DNA from: Felis catus
Taxonomy: Eukaryota
Reading direction: 5' to 3'
Length of the DNA: 64,000 nt
Assembly: GCF_018350175.1 (NCBI RefSeq)
Contig: NC_058383.1
Span: 30,940,001-31,004,000, forward strand
A model generated the notes under the pieces. The model saw only the letters and a program-made list of their open reading frames with translations. It had not been told where the DNA came from and did not search any database. The number at the start of each line of letters is the position of its first letter. Within the stretch, counting starts at the first letter, position 1. The translations under genes and the position numbers were made by a program. Positions 12,718-25,601 of this stretch are shown here, one piece after another.

Positions 12718-12959
12718 ATCCACTTGATGACGGAACAGCCAGAGAAAAATTACTGGTAATTTCAGGGTAAGAGTCAACTCTTCTTGGCGGGGAGGAACCA
12801 ATGATTTGATTTCCACAGCCCAATGAAATGATTCTCAGAGGCTAAAGAACGAAAGGAGGGCCTGGATCGTGCCCGAGAGGACTGATGATATATGGCATTT
12901 AGAGATCCAGTCACTTATTCGCTTTTATCCATGAAATGCCCAGAGGGAGCTCTCAGTAG

Positions 12960-13085
12960 ATGGTGTCCCACATCCTGCCAGAGGCTCAGAGAGGCTGAGT
13001 GATGCGCCCAGGGACACAGCGAGAATTCAAAGCCAGGTCTGGCTGAATTCCAGGCCGCATTCTTTCCACTACACCTGCTGCCTCT
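12960..13085 (-). mobile_element. MIR fragment
   Basis: gaggctcagagaggctgagtgatgcgcccagggacacagc...aattcaaagccaggtctggctgaattccaggcc...ctttccactacacc. Confidence 0.7.
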
Positions 13086-14379
13086 CCACCAAGAAACGCG
13101 GGTCCAAAACAAGCATACAGGCTCATCCAGGAAGGAAGGAACCCGGAAGACTGAGTGCCTCTGAAAGGCGGCTTCTTGTAACGGGGAAAGAAGGCGCTTG
13201 GGTGGTTAGAGCACGGCGCACCCAGGCGGGTTGCTGCTAACGACACACAGGGACAGTATTTTTACCGTCGCGAGCGCAGTGATCCCATCAGCACTGAGCA
13301 GGCGCTGCTCATGTTCAAGTAAAAGCCAGGTGGCTCTGGAATGTCTCCTCCGGGGGTCTCACTTCTACCGCTTACAAACATGAAAGCCACACCCTGGACG
13401 CCGCTTCAGGCACCCGGGGGCAGAGGTAGAGGGGTCTGCTCCTCAGGAAGCTCTGTACTGATCACTTTGGGCTGCAGAGGTCCTCGGGGAGACACGGGGC
13501 CTGCTGTCCTAAGGTAAGGCAGACCTGGGTCTCGCCACTTACTAACCAAGAATCCCTGTGCCCTGGTCTCCTGGTCTGTAAATTGGAGCCAACACCCACG
13601 ACCTCGTCATGTCTGCACGCTGCCCAGGGCACTGCCACTCTGCTTTCGTCACCCTCCCATCCCAAGCCGCCCTCCCGCCTCCCTGCACAAGGACAACAGG
13701 AAAGCCGTCACAGGGGGCTTGAAACCTCAGTCTCTCCTCGGGCTCATGTTTGATCAGAACCCATTTTCCACTTTTCACAACGCACCCCATCTCCTCATCT
13801 GTCCGGGGCCCCTCGGGGCCCGCTCACCGGCCACGCCTGAGTGCGCCAGTCCCCTTGGGGAGGTTGGGACGCGACAGCGAGCTGTCGGCTTTTTCCCCGG
13901 CTCCTGCATTTTCTAGAGCCTGTCGGCCGCGCCGTGAGGAGCAGAGAACTGACATGGCCCGCCTTCCCCACGGGGCCAGAGACACGAGGACTGAACCCGG
14001 GCTCCACCTGTCAGAACAGAAACCCAGCTGCCTCACCTCTTCTTTGCTGTGTCCTCTCTTCTGGAATAAAGGCTTTTTATTCTCTTTCTCACCCTTCACC
14101 TCTTTTCTCATTTACACCGAGCTCGCATCTGCATTTGCCACACATGTGGGAACGATTTATCCCAGGCTACAAATGTACCTGTGGATTTTCCATTCCTTGT
14201 AGTTTCGAGGCTTCCAGTGGTTTTAAGGCAGACCCCTCCTCCTGAATGACATTTTACCAGGAACCCCAACCTTAGTGGCCACACCGCAGCTGCTCGACTG
14301 GACAGCCATCTGGCAGCCGCAGGCTGAGGGGCTCAGGGCAGGAGGAACGGCGGTCACGGATGGGATGGCCAGCAGCCGT

Positions 14380-14545
14380 CAGGGACATCAAGGAAGGATC
14401 CGCCCCTGGAGCCTCCAGATGGAGCCAGGCCCTGCTGGTGCCCGCGCTTGGATTTCAGGCTTCTGGCCTCCACGACCGAGAGACAACCAGTGCATGTTGT
14501 GCTGTCGTCAACCACCAGACCTGTGGTCGTTTGTTACGCTGACTC
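14380..14545 (+). mobile_element. MLT1C/D-like LTR 3' fragment
   Basis: caaggaaggatccgcccctggagcctccagatggagc...ttggatttcaggcttctggcctcca...ctgtggtcgtttgttac. Confidence 0.7.
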
Positions 14546-16759
14546 CCCTCTTTTTCCAGACCAGGCCTTGTTATGCGTGCATTTTATGCACAGATGGGGA
14601 CGAGGACTCAGGACTCCGAGAGGTGACCCAACTTGCTTAAGGGTGCAGGCTTCCTGGGAGACGACCCAGGCAGCGTGGGGTCCAGGACCCACTCCAGGAC
14701 AGGACACTGTCTCCACACAGCATGCCCAAAGTCCCGGCGTCCCCAGCCCCAACCTTCCCAGTGGTGAAGCAGGCAGGCACTACTCCCCTGCTGGGCTTAC
14801 TATGGATTAAGTCAAAGAAATTACATACTGGTGGGTTGTATCCCAGGGCCTGACACACAGGAGGCACTTGGAAAGTATCTCAACGCATGAGTAAGGGAGG
14901 GTCACGGTGTCCCTCACTGGTAAGGATGGTCATTTCCAAAGACTGGGGGGTAGGGGCTGGCTGGAAGACGTGTTCTTCTATGAGGAACGTGGTGACTATA
15001 GGGGCAAATCGTGTCCTAAGTTCACCCACCTGACCTGTCCCACTGTGCTGTCACCTCCTGGAAAGGCCAGAGGGGTGGGAGGGTAAATAAATCCCACAGA
15101 GCAGTTCACGCAGGTGATTAGCCTTAGGAGATCCAGTCTGCACGACTCAAAGATTATGGCACTGAGAGAAGAAATTGGGAAAGAATTCTTGAGTTGAGCT
15201 CTCTGTCCTCAAACACTAAAATGGCACATTCTGGAACATGCCTCCTGGACAACCTGCACCGCAATGCTCAACGCTGGAGGCTGGCAGTAACTCCAAGACA
15301 GCCGCTTCCGGGAATACTCATCCATGAAGGTTAACTGCCCCACTCCCCCCACACCAGTGCCTCCCACAACCAGCTTGACAATGGCCTCGTCACCACTGGG
15401 CAGTGCCCACTCGCTGGTACTGATGACTGAGGGAGCCAATCACCAAAACCCTCCATCAGAGCCCCAAACTGCCACCCACACAGACAGGACATAAGACATA
15501 GTCCTGCCAGGGAGAAATCTGCCTACTTTTCAATCTACTATCACCAGGCAATAAATAATGAAGTTTTGCTGATTAAAGACACCAGGCACAGTGTCATTTA
15601 ACATCTGTGGTATAATCACATCTCCCAACATGGGAGGTTTCCCCAACCCTTTGAAACGGGCAACTCTTCAAGAAGATGTTTCTGGAACTAAGTCAAAGCA
15701 GCAGGAGCTCACAGTCCTAGACCCACAGCCGGCTCCTGCTCTGTCTCTCACATGCCAAGGGGCAGCAGGCAAGTCACTTCGCTGCTCTGAGCTTGTTTTC
15801 CCCCAAGGAAAGGCAGGGACAAGATACAGGTGTAGACCGTGGCTGTCCACAGCCTGGCACATTCCCCTCCTGGGAAATCACCTTACAAGAGATCTGGGTG
15901 GAAAAAACCCTATGCCTCGACCCCAGAAGAGGCACTAAATCTCTTAGGTCAAACAGCACATCCTGCCCACGTGGTCCTAGTGACCAGTTCAAGACTGGCC
16001 CACGACAAAGCTGGTTTGATCGGAGACAATGTTGGAGATGTGGGGGGCAGTGCTGGACAGAGAGTTGTATTCTTTCTCTTGAGGACGACTGACAGGAGGA
16101 ACAGCCTGGCACACTGCTCACCAAGCTCTAAACTTTTCAGTCATCCAGCAAAACCAATTCCTGGCTTTGCTGACCTGCTTTAGCTTCGGTTCTGGGCTTC
16201 TGTCCCCGAAAACACCCTAACTGGTACAGAAACAACGGCCCCTTCCAGCTCCAGCGTTTCTTGTATTCTGTATGGTTCCCTACAAAGGTCAAGCCATGAA
16301 AATGAAAACCCAAAGCAAATCCTTCCATTTCCTGCTGCCAAGGACCGACCGTGAGCGATCTGAGGACACAGAGCACGTCGGTCTCGCCTCCGATCCCCAG
16401 TTCAAAGCACAGTACTTGGAACTCAGGAACCCAAGGACCCCACGACACAGGCGCTGGAGGAAAAGATCACGAAGACAAAGGCTTGTCAGCCGGGCCCCTA
16501 GATAAGCCTGACCTGTCTGCCCAGCATCGTTACCACGGCCATAACCACGGCACCACCGCTCACGAGCGGGAACTGGACGCCAGGCTGTAGCGCTCTGCAC
16601 GCGTCCTCTGACGGAACCCTCACCACCACCCTGAGAAGGTGCCCCCTGCAGAAGTCACCAAGGCCACCCGCGACGCTCCTTCCGGACGCTGGCAACGCCG
16701 CGCTCCCCCTCCCGCCTGCAGTGACATGCGTCCGTGGGCCGTGCTCTGCCAATGGAGAG

Positions 16760-16990
16760 GGAAGGGACGTGTGCCCTACCTGGGTGGAAGCTCTGAGACG
16801 GAGTGTGAGTGCTTGGCCAGACTCTTTCCCTCTCTGTGATGTGGGTCTGGGTGCGAAGACGGTGACGACGCAGCAGCCCAGCCAACCGTCAGGATGCGGA
16901 ACGTGACTGAGAAGGAAACCTCTGTGTTTTCCGTACCGACCTTTTAGAGCTGTTTGTGACTACAACACAACCCAGACACCTCTGACTGAA
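16760..16990 (+). mobile_element. MLT1J/K-like LTR 3' fragment
   Basis: gagaaggaaacctctgtgtttt...gctgtttgtgactacaacacaacccagacacctctgactgaa. Confidence 0.5.
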
Positions 16991-18454
16991 GGCCTACACC
17001 CCATTTTGTAGATGGGAAAAGTGGGCTCAAAGAGGTAACACGCCTTGTCCAGAACCATGCTGTTACTGCAGCAGAGAGGCTTGCAGAACACGAGAAGCCA
17101 TGGCCACCGTTCCTCCGGTTGTGAGTGGTGATTCCGCGGCAAGCCAACCAGTGGGGAGCTTTCAACGCCAGCCTCGCCCGCTCGCTCCTGGTTGGAGTCC
17201 CCAGGCACCAGGACGGAGGTAATATGGTCAGCTCTGCGCCTGAGAAACCTACAGCCCACCCTAAACAGAACGCAACTCCCAGATCCCACGTTCTCCAAAC
17301 CCCCAGACCCGCGAAGTGTCAGGCACGTGACAGTATCTGCAACGGGGTAGAATAAAGCAAGCCACAAGGAGACAGGGACGAGATAAAGACAGAAGTAGGA
17401 CTTCCGGACTGGAGCGGAAGGGTCTGCACACAAAGTCCGGCCACGGGAGCTCCAGGTTGTCCATTTCTCCACAGTCGATCGCTTCTTTCTACACAGTCAA
17501 CTGAAGAGAAGCAGTCGTTTTGACCCAGATGCCTTGCGACCAAAGAGTGAAATAAAACCACCCCAGGATCCTCTCAGTCCACAAAATCACCCACGACGGC
17601 TTCAAAGTGGCACATCTCCTGGCGTCAGGACCTGCAAGAACTCTCCCCCAGGGGCGCCCCTGCAGGTGACGGGGACACGAAGGAGCAGGTGTGTTCGGCA
17701 AGCTTCCTGTGCTGAACAGCCTCCCCAAATGCATCCCGGTGGCTCCCGTCTCCTGACCTTCCTGACCCAGCGTGGCCCCCTTTCCCTGAGTGGGGGGGCC
17801 CCGGCGACTGGCTCCTAATGAAGAGGGAGGGTAGAGGTGATGGGGTGCTACTTCCCCGAGTGGTTAGAGGTAACCCCCGTCTTCCTCGTGTCCGCCGCTT
17901 TCTGGGCTTGCTGACTTCGATGAGGCAAATGGCCGCAATAAACCCGTGTGGGGAGGAAGGAGGGTGGCCTCCAGCCCACAGCCCAACAGGGACTGAGGCT
18001 CTGGGTCTGACAGGCCGCGAGAAACAGAGTCCTGCCAGCAACCACACTCGAGAGCCAGGAAGCAGACCCTTCCCGGCCCGGGGCCTCGCGAAGTCTGCAG
18101 CCGGGGAGGCTGAAGGCCAAGCGCACCCGGCTTCCTGCGAAACCATAAAGTATGGTTATTTCAAGATGCTGTTTCTGCCTCTAAGTTCTGGGACCACTTG
18201 CCACGCGGAGATGGATAACCAGCAGAATCCCCGAGGAGATGTGCTAACGGGCTGTGGGCGCTGTTTCCGGGCTACCCTTGAGGGGGAATCAGCCCCAGGG
18301 ATCCTGGGGGAGCCAAAATACCGGGGCCTCAAATGCTGACACTGTGATCGACCCGAGCCCGTCAAGAGGCACCAGCACGACTGCGCCACACTCGTGTACC
18401 ATCTGCACTACTGTTTACTAATGTAGTTTCTCAAATCAACCCGCCTTTTTTCTT

Positions 18455-18679
18455 TTTTTTTTTTTAATTTTTTTTTCAACGTTTATTTATTTTTGGGACA
18501 GAGAGAGACAGAGCATGAACGGGGGAGGGGCAGAGAGAGAGGGAGACACAGAATCGGAAACAGGCTCCAGGCTCTGAGCCACCAGCCCAGAGCCCGACGC
18601 GGGGCTCGAACTCACCGACCGCGAGATCGTGACCTGGCTGAAGTCGGATGCTTAACCGACTGCACCACCCAGGCGCCCC
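18455..18679 (-). mobile_element. Young SINEC_Fc
   Basis: Near-consensus; perfect 16-bp TSD acccgccttttttctt at 18439-18454 and 18681-18696. Confidence 0.96.
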
Positions 18680-20088
18680 TACCCGCCTTTTTTCTTACAA
18701 AGTCTACTTAAAAAGGGAATCACTCTAGCAAAGAGCCGATCGATGTTACTTGCTATATATAGAAAGCCAAAGCCAACGAGTGCAACTTTCTGAAATTCAA
18801 AGCGTCAGTGGTTCTGACCCCTGCCTGCCTTAGAAGCACCTGAGTCGCCAAGGGATGTCCTGGCCACGCTTCAGAGACACCCCTCCAGCTGACCTGGGGT
18901 TGAGCCACAGCATCTAGACTTCTAGACGCCACGGCCGACTAGCACCCTGCCCCTGAGGCCCCTGTTCACTGTGTGAAGGAGTCACGGAAGCAGTCAAGAC
19001 ACCAGCACTGCTGAAAGCCCCAGGCAAAGAAAACCACTCCCCTCCCTTGCAGGGCCCATGTTAGTTAACACTGGGCTCATGAGCCACCTGAAATGATCCC
19101 GCCTAAGAGCAGGACCACATGCCTCACACCTTGGGGAGCACGGATCCGAGGACCGGGCGTTCCTCCCTGCTGTGCCCTCTCAGAACACTGAGATGCAGAA
19201 GAGCAGACACCCCCAGGCTAGGGGCAGACCTCGGCGCACGTGGGGTGTCCTCCACAATGCAGGCTGAGGGTCCAGGGGACAGTCTGGGACCTGTTCTCTG
19301 CATCGCCAGTGCCCTGGTCATCCCCCCAACTCACAGAGGGCGCTAACTAACGAGGCACCATCCACACTCCGTCTGGGGGATGGACAAGACTGGGACCAGC
19401 ATCCGGGGGAGAAGCAATGTTCCAGAGCGGGGGCTGGGGGGCAGAAGGGGTATGCCTTCCCCTGTGAGCCCTTACTCTCCCGAGACTTGTCTCTCCAATT
19501 AAGCTCTGGCTTATTCTGACGAGCCACCGAGAAAAGCACGAGTTCGCGCTGTGACTGATGGATAATTTCATACTCAAATTGGAAACCGTTTAAATCGAGA
19601 CCATCAGGAAAATCAGGGGCGGGAGACATATGATAGCTCCTCACACATGACAGCAAACAAAAAAAGAAAACAGCAATGTTGATCGTCTTGTGACACATAA
19701 ATCCACAGTCCCTTGCTGGCGTAGGCAACTGGCATAGAATGTTTAGCTTGAGGCAAATTCACCGAGTATTTCCTGGGCATCCAAACTTCAGATGCTACAG
19801 TGAGGAACGGAAACTAATATGTATTCATTCAACAAATACTTAAAAGTCTCTACCCGGAGCTGGGGACACAGTCGAGTATAAAGGGATTAAGGGGAAGACG
19901 GCAATTAAACAACTCTACCCCGAGCAGGGTAAGTGCTATGTAGAAACATAAAGCACGGGGGTGCTATTTTATTAGGGTGATGACAAGGCGGTATCTGACC
20001 CCCTGCCGTGCATGATTGAGAAGCGTTATCTCCTTTAACTCAAGCCTCATACAACTCTCTCTGGTGGGCATCCCCAGTCCTGCTTAAC

Positions 20089-20295
20089 TTTTTGATTTTT
20101 AGTTTATTTGAGAGAAAGAGACAGAGCGCGAGCAGGGAGAGGGGCAGAGAGAGAGGGAGACACAGAATCCCAAGCAGGCTCCAGGCTCTGAGCTGTCAGC
20201 ACAGAGCCTGACAGCGGGGCTCGAACCCACGAACTGTGATATCATGACGTGAGCTGAAGTCGGATGCTTCACCGACTGAGCCATCCAGGTGCCTC
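20089..20295 (-). mobile_element. SINEC_Fc-type Can-SINE
   Basis: tttatttgagagaaagagacagag...ccgactgagccatccaggtgcctc; flanking cccagtcct repeat. Confidence 0.92.
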
Positions 20296-22429
20296 CCAGT
20301 CCTCTTTACAGACGAGCACAAGAAGACTGAAAAAAGCTGATACTTACCAGCTCGGTCCCTTATTCGTCACAAGGACTTAGGGACAGTATCTATTTCACTT
20401 GCACCTTCATTTCCTCATCCCTAAAAGGGATAGGAGAGCACTTACTCGGGCTTGCTGCTGGAAGTAAAATACTTGCGAAAGAATTGGGTATACAGTAAGT
20501 GCTCAAAAAATAGTAGTTGTAGGGAGGAACATAAATGCCCCTCCCATTTTTAAGGACCTCATTATCTGACACAGAAGCAAAAAGATACCCCCACCAAAGC
20601 AGCGGATAATATCCACACACAAACCGTGCTGACTTACACCGCTGTTTCCTCTAACAGGCCCATCCTCCTGACCGATTTCTACTCATCCTTCAAAACCCAA
20701 GACGAACATGTCCCGTTTGAAGCCTTCCCAGTCAATCCCAGCGGTTAACTCACCCACCCCTGTGCCACCATTACACCCACTTCTACAGAAGTCTTTCCAG
20801 TTTGCTCATTCATTCAACAACCACGTCTGGAGAGCCTACCACTTGTCACACACAATCACCCGCCACTGCAGATACGTGTGAACGTATCTCTGGGCTCCCC
20901 CCATTGTACAACTAGCCTCTGTCGAGCGGCAGAAGCAATTACCTGAGTGTAATTCAAGAGAACAAATGAATCGACAAAGGAGGACATAAGAAAAGTAGAC
21001 AAAATGGGTGGCCCAGCGGAGAAAACAGGATTACAGAAATTCTGAGCAAGTTAAAAATACAAACCACTCACTACCGACAAAGCCACAAAAAGCGCTTTAG
21101 AACGAGCTGGTCTGTGAGGGACGGAAAAGATCTGGAAGACAGGGAAGGAAGGAAATGCCAACTCATGCTTATGAATGGAGAAAGCCAGTCCCAACCGGCT
21201 GTTAAAAATAGTAAAGTACAGGTACATACATCTGTCTTTATGTAGATCTGGACGGATAGATACCAAACCTCTTCACAGGAAAGATCTCTGGGAGGGGGAC
21301 ACCTGTATTTTGTATTCTGTCCAGTGTACATTTTATATATATGTATTATTTAATTTCTTTCAAGAATATATTATTTATATAACTTAGAAAAAAAATGGAA
21401 GTAGGTCTTCCGAAATTCAGAAGGCAGAGGAGCAAGGCCCTGCCACTAGCATGGAGATCAAACGGAAGGGGCAGAGCTCCGTGACCCAAGGGCCATTAGT
21501 AAGAGGCGAGGAGGAAGGTGACAGCCAGGTCCTGCTTCAGCATCCATGAGATTCTTTGAGCAACAAAGCGAAAAAGACATCAGCACTGTATCAAGGTGTT
21601 GGGGCCAACAGATGGCTGTGGACCTTCCCGTAACGGGAAAGAGGCGATTCCCATTAGAGGCTACACGCCCCCATGCTGCCACAGGCAGGGATACCCCAGG
21701 ACAGCAAGAAAAAAGCCACTTGCCCAGAACGGAAATAAAAGCCTAACAGGACCTGAGGTTTTTCCAACTTCATCAGAATTGTTGGCCAAGTCAGATCACA
21801 AATGCCCCGCTAGAAACACCACTCAAATCACAACCCCTCATTTTGGTGTGGACAAGCCCCTTGAGTATCTGGGAGAAAACCACTCGAATCCTGGTCAGTA
21901 AAATCATTTTCCTCAAAAATAAGCGCAGCAGCTCTGCAGTCCCCATTGGCAAGGGGGGGCGCTCAAGAACCCCATGGATTCCAAGATGACGCTGTATATC
22001 AAGAGGTCGTTTCCAAACGAACAGATCAAGGGAGGCAATGGCTTGGCTTTGTGCCAATTCATCAGGGCTCCCTTTCCCGAGATGCATCTGGTTCCAATCC
22101 AATCGCATAATCTCCCGAAAGAAAGACAGCAACATATCCAGCCGTAACCAACTCTGGATCCCACAAACCAACTAGCCAGCGACTCAACTTGCAAGAAACA
22201 CAGAGCAAAAACACCATTTGTTTTTACGGGGAGATTACATAAATCTACTTCAAGAAGACGGGGAAAGCTTCCAGAGCCAACTGGAAGATCGTTTTGATGT
22301 CCAGATGCCACTCAGCTCAAAGTGTTCACTGCCCAACACAGCAGCCCTAAATTTATAACGGGCCAGGAAAGCAGGAAGTACAGATGGGCCTTTATTTTTT
22401 AAAAAAAGATTATAAAAATTAGGAAGAAA

Positions 22430-22560
22430 CCAAAAACATAAAAATGGAGAAAGTCACATGTAACTGGTAGGGAAGGGAACTCTACTATCACAAAGAAAAA
22501 TTTATTAAATTAAGGCATAAGTACATCTAATATATCTAATTAGAGGGTTTGTACAAGTGT
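22430..22560 (-). terminator. Candidate intronic cleavage/polyadenylation site
   Basis: Minus-strand AATAAA at 22506-22501, TGTA motifs upstream (22555-22552, 22525-22522), U/GU-rich sequence downstream (tttttctttgtg...catttttatgtttttggtttc); second AATAAA at 22396-22391; not within a recognisable SINE. Confidence 0.5.
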
Positions 22561-23397
22561 AATCGTGTGGTTCTGTGTCCTCAGAAATACGGTGCTAATG
22601 TAACAGAAATAAAAGAAATTACATTAGGGTTTAATGTCTTGGTCAGAAAGATTTATAAAGCAGGGTGGGGACAGACTAGAGCAGGTTGGGGAGGTCTGCA
22701 AAAATGAGTCAAGGACAGTGCTTCATTCCAACCACAAGGGACAGAGGTCCTGGCCCAGAACAACCCATACGGGAGTCCCACTGGAGGCCCGAATCACAGG
22801 AGCCCCTTTTCCGTGCTAATGACATCGTACTGAGAAACTTACAGGCCGATAAAATACACAACAGCGGGGAGCAAAGCAACACAAGGTCCTTTTGTGGGAG
22901 GCAGGAGTGGAGTCCGGGAGCAGCTTCCGCAGAGGGCAGAGTGAGGTCACGGCCACCCCATTAGCCAAGTAAGAGCGGGCCTTGCTGGTGCCAATCACGT
23001 GTGTGTGTCGCCAGCGCGGGACTCCGCTTCATCCAAATGTGAACTTCCGGGTCGGGTGGAAACAAACAAGGAAGATGGGCTTGTTTCAGAAGGACTTGGT
23101 AGAGAATCCAATGGGGCAGAGTGCCTGTCAGCACAGGAGCATCTTGGCTGCCAATTCTGCCAATTCTGCTGGTGGAGCTGTGGGCAGCAAAGTCGAACGA
23201 GCCATTCGCAAAGCTGTGCTGGGGAAGGGAGAAAGGGTAACAGGGGGGCCAAAAGCCGCCTTGTAATTGTGGCTTCTCTTTCTTCAGAAGCAGTGGCAGG
23301 AAAGGTGCCAGAGTCAGACCTCTGTGCGTGTAGACCTCTGTCTCCAAGCCAAGTCACAATGCACGTCACAGAGAACATATTCTCGTCTCTGACCTCG

Positions 23398-23454
23398 TCA
23401 GAGCCAGAGCCCCTTTCTTCCACGTCTGCCACCTCCCTGCAATGGGCTCACACT
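23398..23454 (-). CDS. SNX29: Candidate coding part of an SNX29 alternative terminal exon (SVSPLQGGGRRGRKGLWL*)
   Basis: Branch-like gctcAt (A at 23480), U-rich tract tgttttgtgtgtctgtcttacatag| acceptor, phase-0 compatible with the 117-nt exon, TGA at 23400-23398, poly(A) signal about 0.9 kb downstream. Confidence 0.5.
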   Translation of the reverse strand, partial: SVSPLQGGGRRGRKGLWL

Positions 23455-24964
23455 CTATGTAAGACAGACACACAAAACATGAGCGACCCACAGGCAGCCT
23501 CAGCCAGGGCAGCCAGTGCCTCTCTCAACGCACAGCTGAAATCACTGGGGAGCAGCAGGTGTCTAAGTCTGGACTCTTCTGCACCTTGCCAGTGTTTCCT
23601 GGTTGCATCCATAGGAGACCGGCTTCGGGGCAAAGCTTGCACGTGCTGCATTTGCCAACAGACACAAAACCCCGATCGTCACGAAAATGTGCTTTCAAAG
23701 TTCCATACCCGTATGTCCCGGGTAGCCAGGTACTGCCCACCTGAACCCCTAACTGTAGCCCCTCGGGGCTCTCCTATGGAACCCAACTACCAACGGTGGT
23801 GAGCAAGCCAAGCATAAACCAGGGGCAAGAGTTTAACCTGGGCACATGTGGGAAGACAGACTGGCGATCCGAAGAACCCTTTGCTTTAAAGCCAAGGAGC
23901 GTGCGATCACTCAGGGTCTGTGCCCATGGGCAGAAAAAGATACTGGACTGAAAGAGGGGTTTTGATTCTGGGACACAGAGAGGTCTAAAGTGGGTTCTGC
24001 CATCATCCTTCTGGAGGATTCTGTGTCAAAAACTAACATTTCTAAGCTAAGCCTCTATGTGCGATATATTTTTAGTAGCCTCTCTTAAATGGCACTTTTA
24101 AAAATAATCTCCTTCAAGACGGTAGACGATTAAAACACCAATGTCCAAGTGCTGAATTTAAAAGCCTCTTATAATTTGGAACTCAACGTTTAGAGCTGCT
24201 GTGGGGCAGCAGACAATTTGGTACTTGATCATTAGATATTCTGCAAGTGCCGCCCAGCTGAAAAATATATTTCTTATTAAGCTTCTGTACTTAAATAGCA
24301 TCAGCCCACAAATGAAAGCATTCCCTCTGAAGGTTTTAACGATCCCAAGCAGGTCCCAGGAAGCATTTCATTTCAAAGTGAGCCATATTAAAAAACTTGG
24401 GATGAGTTTCTTTTTTTTTCCGCCATCGATCTCAACCTTGAATTTTAAATTACTTGTCTTGCTCTCCCACCAGGCACAGTCATTTCCACAGTAGAGGAAG
24501 GGTGCCCTGTGGAAACGCCAAGCAGCTTAGAGCAAGGATTAACAGCAAGTCTGTTATCCTGCAGGATCCAGGAAGGCACCTTGGATAACCAAGTACGGTG
24601 GTTAAGAGAGTGTAACCATGGATCCTACAGGTACGTGGTCAGATTTACACATCGTACGCTCCGGGAGTGACTCCGGTGGCAGCCCAAGGAGAGGCACGTG
24701 AACACAGACCCGTCTCAAGAAAGCTACCAGTCTGCGTGGGAAACGAAGTTCAACACAAGAGAGGGGATCCGTGTTGCAGCAGGCAGGAAGGGACAGTCTG
24801 CAAAGGCTTTTGGGGAGCTTGGTCCTAAGGTATACCACCACACAGGGGCCCTGTGCAGAACACACAAGTCGGGCAACAAGGAAGAAACGGAAAGGCTGTG
24901 AGCTTGTCGAGCCAGCTGCGACGCACAGCAGGCATCTTCCCATCACCAGGCAACGCGAACGCTC

Positions 24965-25270
24965 ACCCAAGGAGAGAAAATGGGAAGGAGCGGGGAGGGG
25001 AGAGACAGAGTGAGCCGGCTGCAGAGAAGGGTTCAGGCATGAGCAAGAGACAGACAGGCAGACAGAGACCAAGCACACGCAGGAAGTGGGGTTGGGAGGT
25101 CAGGGAGAGCCAGAGATCAAGACAGGCAGACGGAGAAAGAAAGGAGCAGACAGAGAGAAAGAGAAGCAGGCAGGAGAACAGCAAGAGAGAAGCGCGATGG
25201 GACAGAAGAAACAGAGAAATAGTTCATCAACCAGACAGAGCAGGAGAGAGAAGGTGATCTGAGCGAGAAT
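24965..25270. repeat. GA-rich low-complexity tract
   Basis: Purine-rich degenerate gagacagac/gagaaaga repeats. Confidence 0.6.
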
Positions 25271-25601
25271 AAGAAGTGCCAGCTCCTCGAGAGCACCTGT
25301 GCAAGAGGCCCCGAGTGCCAGGGTTCAGCGCCGCTCAGGTGACCGAGGCCCCGGCCAGCTGGGGTGAGCGGAGAGCCAGTCGGAGCCGGGACCGAAAGAC
25401 CCCGCTGCACCCCACAGCCACACAGCGTCACTCCCTCCCCTCCAGCCCCTGCACCCTGCACGCCCAGACAGGCCCATGAGACAAACCGGGCTTCCCTGAT
25501 CCCCTTGCCAGCTGGTGCGTGGGTAACGAAAATGGTGTGTAACTGGGCCCTAACTTTCCCAAACGCCTTCCTCCAAAGACATCTTAGAAAAGATGCTCCT
25601 T

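Noticed and set aside
19330..19347. CTCF-like motif ctcacagagggcgcta (also ggcaagggggggcgct near 21948)
   Set aside because: Only partial consensus matches; unsupported without motif scoring or ChIP data.
21913..22311. 132-aa minus-strand ORF with an acceptor-like tttttgctctgtgtttcttgcaag
   Set aside because: Weak AAG acceptor, no recognisable homology, and it lies downstream of the candidate poly(A) signals.
22999..23802. Longest ORF in the track (267 aa, + strand)
   Set aside because: Non-ATG start, Ser/Cys-rich with no recognisable domain, antisense to SNX29; expected by chance in GC-rich DNA.
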